Origin: Candidatus Aenigmatarchaeota archaeon
GTDB lineage: Archaea > Aenigmatarchaeota > Aenigmatarchaeia > Aenigmatarchaeales > JACQIB01
Assembly (NCBI GenBank): GCA_046760225.1
Contig: JBHIDR010000008.1
Coordinates: forward strand, 1 to 22,696
Direction of reading: 5' to 3'
Length of the DNA stretch: 22,696 nucleotides
Shown: one piece after another, positions 1 to 9,739 of the stretch
How the letters are laid out: each line of letters opens with the position of its first letter
Position numbering within the stretch: the stretch's first letter is position 1
The notes under the pieces: generated by a model
The model's database searches: none
Told to the model about the DNA's origin: nothing
Seen by the model: only the letters and a program-made list of their open reading frames with translations
Made by a program: the position numbers and the translations under genes

Positions 1-57
1 GATAGCTTTATATACTAGTTTGACATAATATTTATTACGAACAAGTGATACTTTTAG

Positions 58-411
58 GTGGTTAACATCAAGATAAAGGCGTACATGAAGAAGGTAAACA
101 AGATGCCCCATAGTTTTCCAGAAAGCGGGATTCCCATGGGAAGCATGAGGTACAGGAAGATTGAACCCAAGAGGCCAAGCGTGATAAGAAAGGGTGACAA
201 GGTCAAGAAATGCTTCTATTTCCAAGGCATGAAGCAATGCCTCGGAGTAAGGTGCTACTGGCCAAGAGTGGGCATGTGCGCTATCTGGGATAAAATAAAC
301 AAGAATAAAAGAAAGAACGGAAGGAATGGAAGAATAAAGAAGAAAGGATACACAAGAAAGAAAACAAGGAGAAAAAGAACAACAAAGAGGAAGAAGACAA
401 GAAAAAGATAA
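58..411 (+). CDS. Hypothetical highly basic protein (start could be ATG at 86)
   Basis: 117-aa ORF, Lys/Arg-rich, small Cys cluster; TATA-like TTTATATA near 8-15; no recognisable family. Confidence 0.5.
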   Translation: MVNIKIKAYMKKVNKMPHSFPESGIPMGSMRYRKIEPKRPSVIRKGDKVKKCFYFQGMKQCLGVRCYWPRVGMCAIWDKINKNKRKNGRNGRIKKKGYTRKKTRRKRTTKRKKTRKR

Positions 412-429
412 TAATTCTAGGTGACATGA

Positions 430-678
430 ATGTATACTGAAAAACAGGAACCTGAACTTGTAACAGAAAAACCAGCTGATGTTGACAAGGAAAAGGCAAG
501 GAAAGGTTATGAGCATCAAAAAGCGCAAGAGGAAGCTGAAGAAGATTTGAATATGTACAAGAAAAGGAAAAAGAAAGTGCAAGATGACCTAGAATCTCTT
601 AAGTATGATATAGAAGAGAGAAGGAAAGAGAAAATAAAGAAGGTTAAAAAGACTAAATATTATCCTGAACTAGATTAA
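430..678 (+). CDS. Hypothetical charged coiled-coil protein
   Basis: 82-aa ORF preceded by SD-like GGTGA; E/K-rich. Confidence 0.6.
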   Translation: MYTEKQEPELVTEKPADVDKEKARKGYEHQKAQEEAEEDLNMYKKRKKKVQDDLESLKYDIEERRKEKIKKVKKTKYYPELD

Positions 679-729
679 TGCTCCCACGTTCCCTGTGAAT
701 GCCATGGGTTTTACCGTTGGGCGGGGTTC

Positions 730-1791
730 TTACCCGCCCGCGTAAAACCTCTTCAATATTTTCTTTACTTCTTCGAGGCTAGCATCAGTCTTTAATGCTG
801 TTGGACAGAAGTGTGTTCTGGAAACTCTGAAGTGTTTTTTAGCGAGCTCTTCCATAACAGCTTCTGTCTTTGGTACTTTGCCTAATCTCATTTTTTTGAC
901 AAGTTTGTGTAAATCATAATAGAAAGGGACATCAAGCTCAGAATAAACAAGAGAAATTAGACTTGCTCTGTCCTTTTCAAATTTTCTTTTCTTTACTTCC
1001 TCCAATACCTGTTTGCAGAATTTCTTGTCATTCAGCTTTCCAAGATAAATCGGTCCTATTGTCTGATCATTTTCCTTTATGTACCCGAACTGTTTCAGTA
1101 TGGATTTTATTTTGCCTGAATGCTCCATTTTTCCGAAAATCCTGAAGTAATGCTTGTCAGCAAAGCACAGCATCGGTACCAGTGCCCTGTCCCTTTTTGT
1201 AAATGCAAGAATAGAATGGGAAAGCAGTATTCTTAGACCAAGTTCAGCATAATAATCTGTCTTAACAGACCTGATTCCGTATTTCCTGAAGCATGCATCA
1301 GGGTATGAGCCAGAGAGTGGAGCCGTATCAGTGGCTGTTATGCCCACAAAACCCAGATGGAATATGGAGCGAGCTGCAGAATCAAGATAAATATTCGGCG
1401 AACCAAAGGGGTCTATGTCAATGAAATCAAACACAACACCGCTGTAAAGGTAATGGTTAACATCGTCCTTTACTGCCTCGCACTTCTTGCAGTTGTTCTC
1501 CTTTATGTTCTTCTTTATCAGCCTAATTGCCAGCGGGTTCTTGTCCACCATTACTGATTTCCTTATTCCCTTTACTTCCTTTGCATACCTTATCCCCCTG
1601 ATTCCTGTTCCTGAAAGTGCATCACAAACCGTGATTGTCTTTCCCGCATGCCTCTGATAGGCCTGAAGCGCTGCAACAGAAATGTCCCTTGACAGCTCGG
1701 CAGCAGGATTATAAAAAACAGCTGCCTCATACAGTTTTTCCTTTGGTACCCATAATTTCACTTTTCCTTCCGTAATTCGACGAGTTCTCAT
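730..1791 (-). CDS. trm1: tRNA (guanine26-N2)-dimethyltransferase Trm1
   Basis: Motifs VFYNP..ELSRD, DALSGTGIRGIRY, FDFIDIDPFGSP, TATDTAPLSG, ELGLRIL, SRTHF.PTALKTDA. Confidence 0.95.
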   Translation of the reverse strand: MRTRRITEGKVKLWVPKEKLYEAAVFYNPAAELSRDISVAALQAYQRHAGKTITVCDALSGTGIRGIRYAKEVKGIRKSVMVDKNPLAIRLIKKNIKENNCKKCEAVKDDVNHYLYSGVVFDFIDIDPFGSPNIYLDSAARSIFHLGFVGITATDTAPLSGSYPDACFRKYGIRSVKTDYYAELGLRILLSHSILAFTKRDRALVPMLCFADKHYFRIFGKMEHSGKIKSILKQFGYIKENDQTIGPIYLGKLNDKKFCKQVLEEVKKRKFEKDRASLISLVYSELDVPFYYDLHKLVKKMRLGKVPKTEAVMEELAKKHFRVSRTHFCPTALKTDASLEEVKKILKRFYAGG

Positions 1792-1844
1792 ATTACCTAA
1801 CTTATATGCGTCAAATATATATTACATCAACTGAATGTTGTTTC

Positions 1845-2249
1845 ATGATAAACCAGAGGATAATGGCAACAGCAGTAATCAAGAGGGGAAACAAGTACCT
1901 TATGGTCAGGCGCAGCAGGTACAGCAAGACATACCCCAACCAGTGGCAGTTCCCTGAAGGCGGGGTCAAATTCGGTGAAGAGCCGCTGCAGGCGCTCAAA
2001 AGGGAACTGAACGAGGAAACGAAACTGAAAATCAGGAATGCCAAGCTCCTTGGGATAAACTCGAGCACAATAAAATACTTCAACAAAAGAATCTACCATT
2101 TCGTGCGCCTGCTTTACTCGTGCAAGGCAAGCGGAAAAATAAAGCTCTCAAGGAAACATAATGATTACAACTGGTTCACCAAAAAGGAGATAAAAAGCCT
2201 CAGGTTACTGAAAGGTTTCGGGTACAAGGACATTGAAAAACTGCTTTAG
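1845..2249 (+). CDS. Nudix hydrolase
   Basis: Nudix box GGVKFGEEPLQALKRELNEETKL; ATG at 1845 lies about 22 nt after a TATA-like run (leaderless); stop abuts the IPK start. Confidence 0.88.
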   Translation: MINQRIMATAVIKRGNKYLMVRRSRYSKTYPNQWQFPEGGVKFGEEPLQALKRELNEETKLKIRNAKLLGINSSTIKYFNKRIYHFVRLLYSCKASGKIKLSRKHNDYNWFTKKEIKSLRLLKGFGYKDIEKLL

Positions 2250-2254
2250 TGATT

Positions 2255-3049
2255 ATGATGAAACCACTAATAATATTGAAAATCAGGGGCTCTGTAATCA
2301 CTGACAAGCACAGCGAAGAGCCCAAGGTGAATTCAGACTCGCTCAGAAGGATTTCAAAGGAGATTGCAAATGCATATTCTGAAGACTCATTCGGGCTGGT
2401 TGTGATACACGGGGCAGGGTCATACGGCCACCAGATTGTAAAGAGAACAGGCATACATAAGGGTATTACTAGCAGGGAGCAGCTGGAAGCATTTGCTGAA
2501 ACACAGAGGCTGCAGAACGAGCTGAACTCAATTGTTACCAAGGCCATGATAGAAGAAGGGCTGCCTGCGATTCCAACACAGGTGTCATCGCACGCAATAA
2601 TGTTCAGGGGCGAGCTGCTGAGAATGGATATAGAATGCATAAAGGGGCTGGTTGACATTGGAATGATACCTGTGCTCTACGGTGTGCCTGCATATGACAT
2701 GAAGCAGAAATGCTCGATACTTTCCGGGGACAAGATTGCGCCCTATGTTGCAAAGTTCCTCTCCGCGAAAAAAATCATTCACGGCACCAATGTTGACGGT
2801 GTTTTCACTGCTGACCCGAACAAATTTGCAAATGCAAGGCTGATATCCGAAGTCAACAAAGAAAACCTCGAGGAAGTGAAAAGAAAACTGGGCGGCTCAA
2901 CAGCTGTTGATGTGACAGGTGGGATGTACAGCAAGGTCGTAGAGCTTCTGAACCTGGGAATAGAGTCGCAGATCGTGAACGCAAATGTGCCAGGAAACAT
3001 CGAGAAGACACTGAAAGGGGAAAGGATAGGAACAGCAATAAGGATGTGA
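2255..3049 (+). CDS. ipk: Isopentenyl phosphate kinase (amino-acid kinase family)
   Basis: ILKIRGSVITDK, IHGAGSYGH, ILSGD, NVDGVF..DP, DVTGGMYSKV motifs; start could be 2249, 2255 or 2258. Confidence 0.9.
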   Translation: MMKPLIILKIRGSVITDKHSEEPKVNSDSLRRISKEIANAYSEDSFGLVVIHGAGSYGHQIVKRTGIHKGITSREQLEAFAETQRLQNELNSIVTKAMIEEGLPAIPTQVSSHAIMFRGELLRMDIECIKGLVDIGMIPVLYGVPAYDMKQKCSILSGDKIAPYVAKFLSAKKIIHGTNVDGVFTADPNKFANARLISEVNKENLEEVKRKLGGSTAVDVTGGMYSKVVELLNLGIESQIVNANVPGNIEKTLKGERIGTAIRM

Positions 3050-3058
3050 TTTCAGAAC

Positions 3059-3121
3059 TTTCTCCAGCCCAGGACTCTGTCAGACTTCCTGATTATGCTG
3101 CTGGCTATTGCATCTGTCTTT
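3059..3121 (+). repeat. 63-bp exact direct repeat, copy 1 (duplicate of the 3' end of ORF 5362-5784)
   Basis: Identical to 5369-5431 (TTTCTCCAGCCCAGGACTC...GCATCTGTCTTT). Confidence 0.95.
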
Positions 3122-3166
3122 TGATTGCGCTAAACGTTTTTAAGTTCCAAAGGAGAAAAGATTTGT

Positions 3167-4156
3167 ATGAAAGCAACTGCCGTGGCAAACTCGAATATCG
3201 CCCTAGTGAAATATTGGGGGAAACGTGACGACAAACTAATATTACCGCAGAACGGTAGCATTTCCGTGGCCTTGGACGGATTGAGCACAACCACCACAGT
3301 GGAATTTGGGCCACATGAAAGGGACATCTTTATTTTGGATGGAAGAGAAAGAACAGAAGAAGAGGCCAAGAGGGTTTTTGGACAGATAGACTTGATAAGG
3401 GAACGCGCAGGAATAGGGGAGAAAGCAAAGATTGTATCAGAGAACAACTTTCCAACTGCTGCAGGCTTGGCTTCGTCAGCATCTGGTGCAGCAGCTCTGG
3501 TTGTTGCAGCGGCTGCAGCAGCAGGCATTGGACTCGATAAAAAAGGTCTCTCGGTTTTGGCACGACGCGGCTCAGGCTCTGCATGCAGATCAATTTCAGG
3601 AGGGTTTGTGGAGTGGCTCATGGGGGAGAGGGAGGACGGCTCTGACAGCTACGGAAAACAGATAGCAAAACCAGAATATTGGCCTGACTTCAGAATAATA
3701 ACAACTGTTGTTTCGAAGACTGAAAAGCATGTGAAGAGCAGGGCTGGAATGCGCCAAACTGTGAAGACATGCCCCTTTTACGGATGCTGGCTTGAAAGTA
3801 TAGGGTCAGACCTGAAGGCTGTCAGAAACGGTATAGCGGAGAAGGATATCGCAACCGTGGGTTCTATTGCAGAGATGAACGCACTAAAAATGCATGCGCT
3901 CATGTGGACAACCAAGCCTTCTATAGTTTATTGGATGCCCGAAACACTAAAAATAATTCAAAATATAGTCATCTGGAGGAAAGAAGGTCTTGATTGCTAC
4001 TTCACTATAGATGCGGGGCCACAGGTAAAAATAATATGCCTAAAGAAGGAAGTGAAAGAGATTGAAGCAAAGCTGAAAGAATGTCTAGGGAAAGTAGAAA
4101 TCAGCCAGCATGCTCCGGGCGGTGATGCCAGGCCCATCAACAATCATTTGTTCTGA
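3167..4156 (+). CDS. mvaD: Diphosphomevalonate decarboxylase (GHMP family)
   Basis: NSNIALVKYWGKRD, NNFPTAAGLASSASG, RRGSGSACRS, KHVKSRAGM, FTIDAGPQV motifs. Confidence 0.92.
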   Translation: MKATAVANSNIALVKYWGKRDDKLILPQNGSISVALDGLSTTTTVEFGPHERDIFILDGRERTEEEAKRVFGQIDLIRERAGIGEKAKIVSENNFPTAAGLASSASGAAALVVAAAAAAGIGLDKKGLSVLARRGSGSACRSISGGFVEWLMGEREDGSDSYGKQIAKPEYWPDFRIITTVVSKTEKHVKSRAGMRQTVKTCPFYGCWLESIGSDLKAVRNGIAEKDIATVGSIAEMNALKMHALMWTTKPSIVYWMPETLKIIQNIVIWRKEGLDCYFTIDAGPQVKIICLKKEVKEIEAKLKECLGKVEISQHAPGGDARPINNHLF

Positions 4157-5301
4157 GATTCGTAGCAGACCGGGAATTTGTTTTCCATTCTTATGCCGTC
4201 GCTTTCTATTCTCATGTCTCTAGTTGGCTTTATATCAAACCTCTTCCATGCGTCATGAATGCTTTGGCGTACCTTTTCATCAGTATAGATTGCTATTATA
4301 CTGTCTCCTCCGCCTGCCCCTGGAAGCTTTGATGCTATTGCACCGGCTTCAAGGGCAGCGTCAATCATTTGGCTCAGTTCGGGCGTTTCAATGGGAGCAC
4401 CTGAACGCCTGCCCAGCTCCCTTGTGAGCTTACGGGAAAGCATGAAGGATTTTGCAAATTTATCTATAGCACCTCCACGATTTTCATTGATATCCCTTAA
4501 GGCTCCTATGGCTTTCTTATCCTCCTCATTCAATGTGTGTAGGAGTGCGGCATACTCATCAGGGCTCTTAGCAGCCCATTCCCTGACCTTTCTGACCATA
4601 ATGCGGGTATTGGCAGCACTCCCCGTATATCCAACAATAGTGTGTAGAACGTCTGGAAATGGCAATGGATCTATCCTGTAGTCCCAGTCGCGGTCAATTA
4701 TGCCTTTTATTGTACCTGGCAAAACATCAGGAATAAATTTCTTGCTGAAACGCTCATAGACAGCACCACCATAAACACATGCTGCAATGTCAAATCCAGA
4801 ACCAACCTTTCCCTGCGTGATGTTGTGGCTAAGCTGGGCTAACTTATGTATGGTGTCTTTATTTTCTATGACATCAAACCCATGAAAAGCGAGTATTGCA
4901 GCGATTGTCGCCACTGTGACAGCGGAAGAGCTGCCGAGACCCGACTTAGATTTCCCCCATTGGTACGTGAATGCTGGATTATTGTGAGTTGTCAGCTTAA
5001 AATGCCTAAGTTTATATCCCTTCTCGCTGATGTATCTTAAACTTAATTTCGTTGCAGTATCAGTAAAATCTGTGGCCCTTTCCGAACCAGGTTCATAAAC
5101 AAGTTCTTGGCCCTCAAAGTCTGCTGTTGTACGTATCTTGAAGTCAGGAAACTCGAACTCGAACCTATTCTCGCTTTCCGATACTCGCGCATACACTCTT
5201 TTATTGAGACTAACGACATAACCAACATTGGGCTTCTCAAGAACAGCATAACTTCCTAAAAGCAACATCTTGCCTGGTGCAGATGCTATTACTTCTTCCA
5301 T
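4144..5301 (-). CDS. Phosphomevalonate kinase (GHMP, ERG8/MvaK2-like)
   Basis: SAPGKMLLLGSYAVLE, KSGLGSSSA, QGKVGSGFDIA..VYG, IETPE, PGAGGGDSI motifs; 3' end overlaps mvaD. Confidence 0.88.
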   Translation of the reverse strand: MEEVIASAPGKMLLLGSYAVLEKPNVGYVVSLNKRVYARVSESENRFEFEFPDFKIRTTADFEGQELVYEPGSERATDFTDTATKLSLRYISEKGYKLRHFKLTTHNNPAFTYQWGKSKSGLGSSSAVTVATIAAILAFHGFDVIENKDTIHKLAQLSHNITQGKVGSGFDIAACVYGGAVYERFSKKFIPDVLPGTIKGIIDRDWDYRIDPLPFPDVLHTIVGYTGSAANTRIMVRKVREWAAKSPDEYAALLHTLNEEDKKAIGALRDINENRGGAIDKFAKSFMLSRKLTRELGRRSGAPIETPELSQMIDAALEAGAIASKLPGAGGGDSIIAIYTDEKVRQSIHDAWKRFDIKPTRDMRIESDGIRMENKFPVCYESQNK

Positions 5302-5361
5302 ATTTCTATAGATAGATAACAAGCTTATATATTAATAATATTTCTGTGTCATCATCTGGAA

Positions 5362-5784
5362 TCAGACTTTTCTCCAGCCCAGGACTCTGTCAGACTTCCT
5401 GATTATGCTGCTGGCTATTGCATCTGTCTTTCCTTTGTAACTGACATCCCGTGCTATACCTTCCAGGTTTCTCCTGACTTTGTTTACAAAGTATCTTCTC
5501 CCTCTTCTCCTGGTCTGAGATTCTCTTATTGATGAATCAAGGAAAAATGCTATGGCTTTCACAGCAGCCTCCTTGCTCGTTATCAGTCCAGGACTGTCAT
5601 AAACAGCCAGGTAAGCGCTTACATTCTTTGCCCTAAGGAGCTGGATCATCCTCTCGTACTTCTTTTTGTTGTTGCTCAGTCTTTTCATGCGCCTGAGAAC
5701 AGCCAGGGTATACGGATATGTGCCTGACTGTATTCTTTTTTCTTTGCGCCTTCTGGTCCCCCTTATCCATGCCACCCATACCAC
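5362..5784 (-). CDS. Hypothetical basic protein
   Basis: 140-aa ORF starting immediately after the Yip1-like gene stop; no recognisable family. Confidence 0.65.
   Translation of the reverse strand: MVWVAWIRGTRRRKEKRIQSGTYPYTLAVLRRMKRLSNNKKKYERMIQLLRAKNVSAYLAVYDSPGLITSKEAAVKAIAFFLDSSIRESQTRRRGRRYFVNKVRRNLEGIARDVSYKGKTDAIASSIIRKSDRVLGWRKV
5369..5431 (+). repeat. 63-bp exact direct repeat, copy 2
   Basis: Identical to 3059-3121. Confidence 0.95.
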
Positions 5785-6330
5785 CTAAGAAACCACTGCA
5801 AAAACCCTGAATATTGTTGAAACGGTGATCAAGAGGAAGAATACCAAGAGGAGAGACAGCACCACTATGGTTACTGACTTCCTGGTATCAAAACCATGAA
5901 CAATCTGGACTGCAACAAAGAGCAGGTAAAGGCTGTAGAGCAAAATAACCAATGTCAGTATGCCGCCAAGGGGGAGCATGCTTACAAGCATACCCACAAT
6001 GGTCAATGGCGCTGTATAGAGCGCCATCATGTAGCTCTGTGTAACAAAACCTCCCCTGCCATCCACTATCTTCGAGAGTATGAACACTATTGCTGACCAC
6101 AGGAGCCATCCTATTATCACGGATATTCCTGAAAGCAGCGCTATAAGAATGAGCACCCCGAGATTCAGTGCTGCAATGCTTAATGACGCGAAATAGGTGA
6201 CCACTCCCATTACCAATGCCGGGAACATCATATGGAACAGGGCCGAAGCAAGGTTCGCCTTGTACATTGCCTTCCTGAATTCCTTAACCGGGTTTGCCAG
6301 AGCACCGGCCCACTGGTTCCAAAATGCCAT
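5785..6330 (-). CDS. Yip1-family membrane protein
   Basis: N-terminal L.NP...F, about 5 hydrophobic helices, G+G.F motif, 'YSLYLL..AV..VHG' pattern typical of Yip1. Confidence 0.75.
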   Translation of the reverse strand: MAFWNQWAGALANPVKEFRKAMYKANLASALFHMMFPALVMGVVTYFASLSIAALNLGVLILIALLSGISVIIGWLLWSAIVFILSKIVDGRGGFVTQSYMMALYTAPLTIVGMLVSMLPLGGILTLVILLYSLYLLFVAVQIVHGFDTRKSVTIVVLSLLLVFFLLITVSTIFRVFAVVS

Positions 6331-6417
6331 GTTATCGCCTAATTAATATTGACAGGGCTGTATTTAATGGTTTTGGATATAAAATAAAAAGAAAAAGAAA
6401 GAGGAAAAGGGGAAAAT

Positions 6418-6702
6418 TTAGGTGTTCACTACTATTCCACCAACCCTTCCTGCAACAATGTTGTAGATGAACGCTCCGATTACTCCTGCTACAAAGCCTA
6501 TGAACGCGAACACTATTGGCAATATGATGATTGCTGCTATTCCGAATCCTACTGCCATTCCTCCGACGCCTGGCATTCCTGCAAACATTGAAGCAAACAG
6601 GGCAAACACCAATCCGTACAAGAAGCCTATTATTGCCCATATCGCTGCAAATATCTTTCCGACTGAAACAACATCGAAGCTCTTCCACTCGACTCTCGTC
6701 AT
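6418..6702 (-). CDS. Small two-TM membrane protein (DUF3566-like)
   Basis: 'DVVSVGKI' N-terminus and 'IYN.VA..VGGI' C-terminus; strong SD GGAGGTGA. Confidence 0.7.
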   Translation of the reverse strand: MTRVEWKSFDVVSVGKIFAAIWAIIGFLYGLVFALFASMFAGMPGVGGMAVGFGIAAIIILPIVFAFIGFVAGVIGAFIYNIVAGRVGGIVVNT

Positions 6703-6717
6703 TTTTTCACCTCCTTT

Positions 6718-7641
6718 TCATTTTTTTCTCTTAATTGGTTTTCTGACCTTCCTTCTGTTCCTCAAGTAGAATGATGTGAACCCCAGGTACTGTATTGGAA
6801 CCGCGAATATGATGCCTATGATGAATGCGAAATAAAAGCTAAGAAGCGGTTGCAGGGATAAAAGGAGGGAGAGTATCAGGGCCAGAATTATCGTAGGTAC
6901 AAGCGCCACTGCAAACATCATGATTCCCAGAAGTATCATTAGTGCCAGCACGCTAAGGAAGTTGGACTTGGACAGGTGATAGCTCCTTTTCACGGCTTCA
7001 ACAACCCTGTAATTGTCCAGTGCAACTGCCTGGAAGGAGAAGATAAGGAGGAGTGCCACGATGAATATCGCTATGTATCCTACATACATGAAAATCATTC
7101 CGAACATGAACAATCCAGGTGATTGGAGCACTATGCCCAGAACAAGGGGAGCAAGAAATATCCCGAACACGAGCATGGTTATTGCAAATACGAGCAGGCC
7201 AACGCCAATGAATGGCTTCCACTTCTTCTTGCTTGTCTCAATCATTGTTTTTACTCTTGTTCTTCTCTTCAGGGCCTCTTCACACATCTTTATGAAGCCA
7301 CCAACGAGCACATATGCCAGAAGCAGTGCAACTACAAGCATGATGCCCATGAAAACAGGAGGAAACAGCCCCATTACAGGAGGAGCCGCACATATTGCTG
7401 TAGGCCCAAGGCATGTAGCAGCGTATGCACTGTAACTGTAAAGATAAGAGAACATTGGAACGAATCCCACCAGTACCGAACCGTAAATTACTACATAAAT
7501 CAGGAAGATTCCTCCGAGAAGGGATTTGAGGTTCCTCTTATAGGAATGCCATGCAGCACTTACGTCCTCCATTACCATGGTGAATTTTTGGTTGGCTGTC
7601 TTATAAAGGTTAGTGTTTTTGTCGAAATTGGCTACGCTCAT
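6718..7641 (-). CDS. Polytopic membrane protein
   Basis: About 6 hydrophobic segments, 'EAVKRS..L.K.NF' motif, basic tail; abuts the upstream gene. Confidence 0.75.
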   Translation of the reverse strand: MSVANFDKNTNLYKTANQKFTMVMEDVSAAWHSYKRNLKSLLGGIFLIYVVIYGSVLVGFVPMFSYLYSYSAYAATCLGPTAICAAPPVMGLFPPVFMGIMLVVALLLAYVLVGGFIKMCEEALKRRTRVKTMIETSKKKWKPFIGVGLLVFAITMLVFGIFLAPLVLGIVLQSPGLFMFGMIFMYVGYIAIFIVALLLIFSFQAVALDNYRVVEAVKRSYHLSKSNFLSVLALMILLGIMMFAVALVPTIILALILSLLLSLQPLLSFYFAFIIGIIFAVPIQYLGFTSFYLRNRRKVRKPIKRKK

Positions 7642-8262
7642 TTATTTCTTTCTTTTCTTACTTCTCAATTCTTTTCCATACCTGAAAAGGGCTGTCTCTA
7701 GCCTTACAATATCAAGCTTATTTTTCTTTGTAAAGGACCTGATGTCCTTTATTCCCAGCTTCTTCATCGCTATCCTCATAAGAGGTGTTGGTTTTGGCTC
7801 TGCTCTTCTCCATGTCTTTTGCATGTCGCGCAGGAATATTGATACTGTTGCAGGACCTATGCCCTTTCCGAGTCCCATGAGCCTTTTTTCAATGTCCTGG
7901 CTGTCAGATGATCTCTGATAAAGGACGTTAAGGTTTCCCCTGTACTTCTTTAACAGGGCACTGAAAACAGAAAGAAGCTTTGTGGCTGTGCTGAAATCAT
8001 ATCTGGTATAGCTGCCTGCATCAAGTATTTCAACCAAATCATCCCAGCCAGTGTCAACTATTTTCTTAGCTGTCACAACCCTTCTTCTTTCAAACTCCCT
8101 ATAAGTCCTTGTGGCGCAGCTTTCCTGGATGGGCTTTGCATACAGCAAGGACGCAAGAAACCATTTCACAATCTCTGAGTTCTTCCTGCTTCTCAGGTTT
8201 ATGCCCAGTATTTCAGAGTAGGGTTTACCATATTCCTTCAGAAGGTCCCTTATGCTTACCAT
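7642..8262 (-). CDS. HhH-GPD superfamily DNA-binding/glycosylase-like protein
   Basis: KWFLAS.L..KPI, GSYTRYD..TA..L, helix-hairpin-helix KGIGPATVSIFLR; overlaps the nfo stop. Confidence 0.65.
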   Translation of the reverse strand: MVSIRDLLKEYGKPYSEILGINLRSRKNSEIVKWFLASLLYAKPIQESCATRTYREFERRRVVTAKKIVDTGWDDLVEILDAGSYTRYDFSTATKLLSVFSALLKKYRGNLNVLYQRSSDSQDIEKRLMGLGKGIGPATVSIFLRDMQKTWRRAEPKPTPLMRIAMKKLGIKDIRSFTKKNKLDIVRLETALFRYGKELRSKKRKK

Positions 8263-9071
8263 TTTTTATACCCTAGGTTCTCAAATACCTTCTTCATTTT
8301 CAGGCTGTCCTTTTCAAGAATTGGGGACTCGCTGATTATTGTTATGTCCATTTTCTTCTTCAGTATCTCCCCTGCAACTGCTCTAAAATCTGGCTTTTTT
8401 GCAGCCAAGATCATGTGGTTCCTCTCTCCCTTCTCGGTGTAATTTATGCACGAGAAATGGGAATGCAGATGGCCGAAAGCCCTGACAGCAGAAAGCACCT
8501 TTCCGAAGTCTATGTTGCCCATTGCCCTTGCATAGAGGTGGGCGAAATCAACAACAGGCTTGCATCCCTTCACCTTCCTGCAGAGCCTTATTGTCTCCTC
8601 CAGCGAGCCAAAGGCCGAGTGCTTTCCGGTTGTCTCAGGGCCAAGAAGAACCTTCCAGCCATTACCCTTTATCTTGTCTGACATCTCCTGGCATGCATGT
8701 ACTATCATTTCCTCTACCTTCTCTTTTGAGAACTTTCCGAAGTAGCCTGGGTGGAACACAACTATCTTTGCTCCCATGTGATGGCCGCGCTCACAGGAAT
8801 CAAGAATTCGCTTCATGCTCTGCCTTATCTTTATCCTTTCCATAGAGCTCAGATTGATGTAGTAGGGAGCATGTATTGAGAGCTCTATCTTCAGTTCCTT
8901 TGCAACCTTGCCGAGCTCCTTTGCAGTCGGGTTCTTCATGCCAACTCCGCGCACGAACTCGATTTCCATGGCCTGGAGCCCAAGCTCTTTCACCTTCCTG
9001 ACCCCATCGACAGAAGTCATCCCCCTTGCAGACAAGGGTATTCCTGCTGGCCCGAGCTTTACCTTTGCCAT
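8256..9071 (-). CDS. nfo: Endonuclease IV (AP endonuclease family 2)
   Basis: HAPYYINLSS, VFHPG, PETTGK..AFGSLEE, DFAH, H.HFS, ISESP motifs. Confidence 0.9.
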   Translation of the reverse strand: MAKVKLGPAGIPLSARGMTSVDGVRKVKELGLQAMEIEFVRGVGMKNPTAKELGKVAKELKIELSIHAPYYINLSSMERIKIRQSMKRILDSCERGHHMGAKIVVFHPGYFGKFSKEKVEEMIVHACQEMSDKIKGNGWKVLLGPETTGKHSAFGSLEETIRLCRKVKGCKPVVDFAHLYARAMGNIDFGKVLSAVRAFGHLHSHFSCINYTEKGERNHMILAAKKPDFRAVAGEILKKKMDITIISESPILEKDSLKMKKVFENLGYKKW

Positions 9072-9103
9072 GCTATATTTTTCTTTCTACCAGAATAAAA
9101 ATC

Positions 9104-9268
9104 TTAAAGCGGGAACATCAGGTAAAGGAATATCTCAAGAATCACAAGGGCGGCGCAGAAAGCAACCACATGCTCGGGCCTGAGCTTCACAAGGCTCTTT
9201 TCCTCCTCATAATACCTTACCAGCCCGGCCATGCCGGAAGGCGCCTGCATCCTTTGCTTCTCTGCCAT
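9104..9268 (-). CDS. secG: Preprotein translocase subunit Sec61beta (not in the ORF track)
   Basis: My translation: MAEKQRMQAPSGMAGLVRYYEEEKSLVKLRPEHVVAFCAALVILEIFLYLMFPL; AGLVRYYEEE...PEHV plus a C-terminal TM is the archaeal Sec61beta signature. Confidence 0.9.
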   Translation of the reverse strand: MAEKQRMQAPSGMAGLVRYYEEEKSLVKLRPEHVVAFCAALVILEIFLYLMFPL

Positions 9269-9300
9269 ACAAACCACATTGCTTGTGAAGTATTTAAAGT

Positions 9301-9729
9301 TTATTCTATTTTTTCGAGCTTGCCGTCAAGGATAATGGGCCCCATTGCTTTTACTTCTGCCAGCAAATATTCAAATTCCGGCAAACCGTTCAAAAGATAT
9401 ATCTTCTTGTTCAGAACATGGGCAAAGCCCATCTCAATAAGGGTGTTTGCACCGATATAATTTTTGATGTTGTTCTTTTCGCTATTGATTATCAGGATTG
9501 CATCGCTTTCCTTAATTTTTTGGTAATGCTTATAAATTAAATTATGCTCTTTCTTTTTCTCTGCCCCTTCCTCACTGTTCAGGCTGCCCATCTCCCAATC
9601 CAGTTTTCCTTCAACAAATTCAATAACGAATTCTGGCAAGAAAACGTCATGGCCTTTCTCCCTTAGGAATTTGTATGCATCATGCATCTCTTTAGCAAAT
9701 CTCATGCTACCGCAAATTGTTATTTTCAT
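9301..9729 (-). CDS. Nucleoside 2-deoxyribosyltransferase-like fold protein
   Basis: ITICGSM.F, SDAILIIN, YIG.NT.IEMGFA..LNKKIY pattern. Confidence 0.6.
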   Translation of the reverse strand: MKITICGSMRFAKEMHDAYKFLREKGHDVFLPEFVIEFVEGKLDWEMGSLNSEEGAEKKKEHNLIYKHYQKIKESDAILIINSEKNNIKNYIGANTLIEMGFAHVLNKKIYLLNGLPEFEYLLAEVKAMGPIILDGKLEKIE

Positions 9730-9739
9730 GATAATACCA

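Noticed and set aside
3059..5431. CRISPR array or IS element
   Set aside because: Only two repeat copies 2.3 kb apart; no spacers, inverted ends or transposase.
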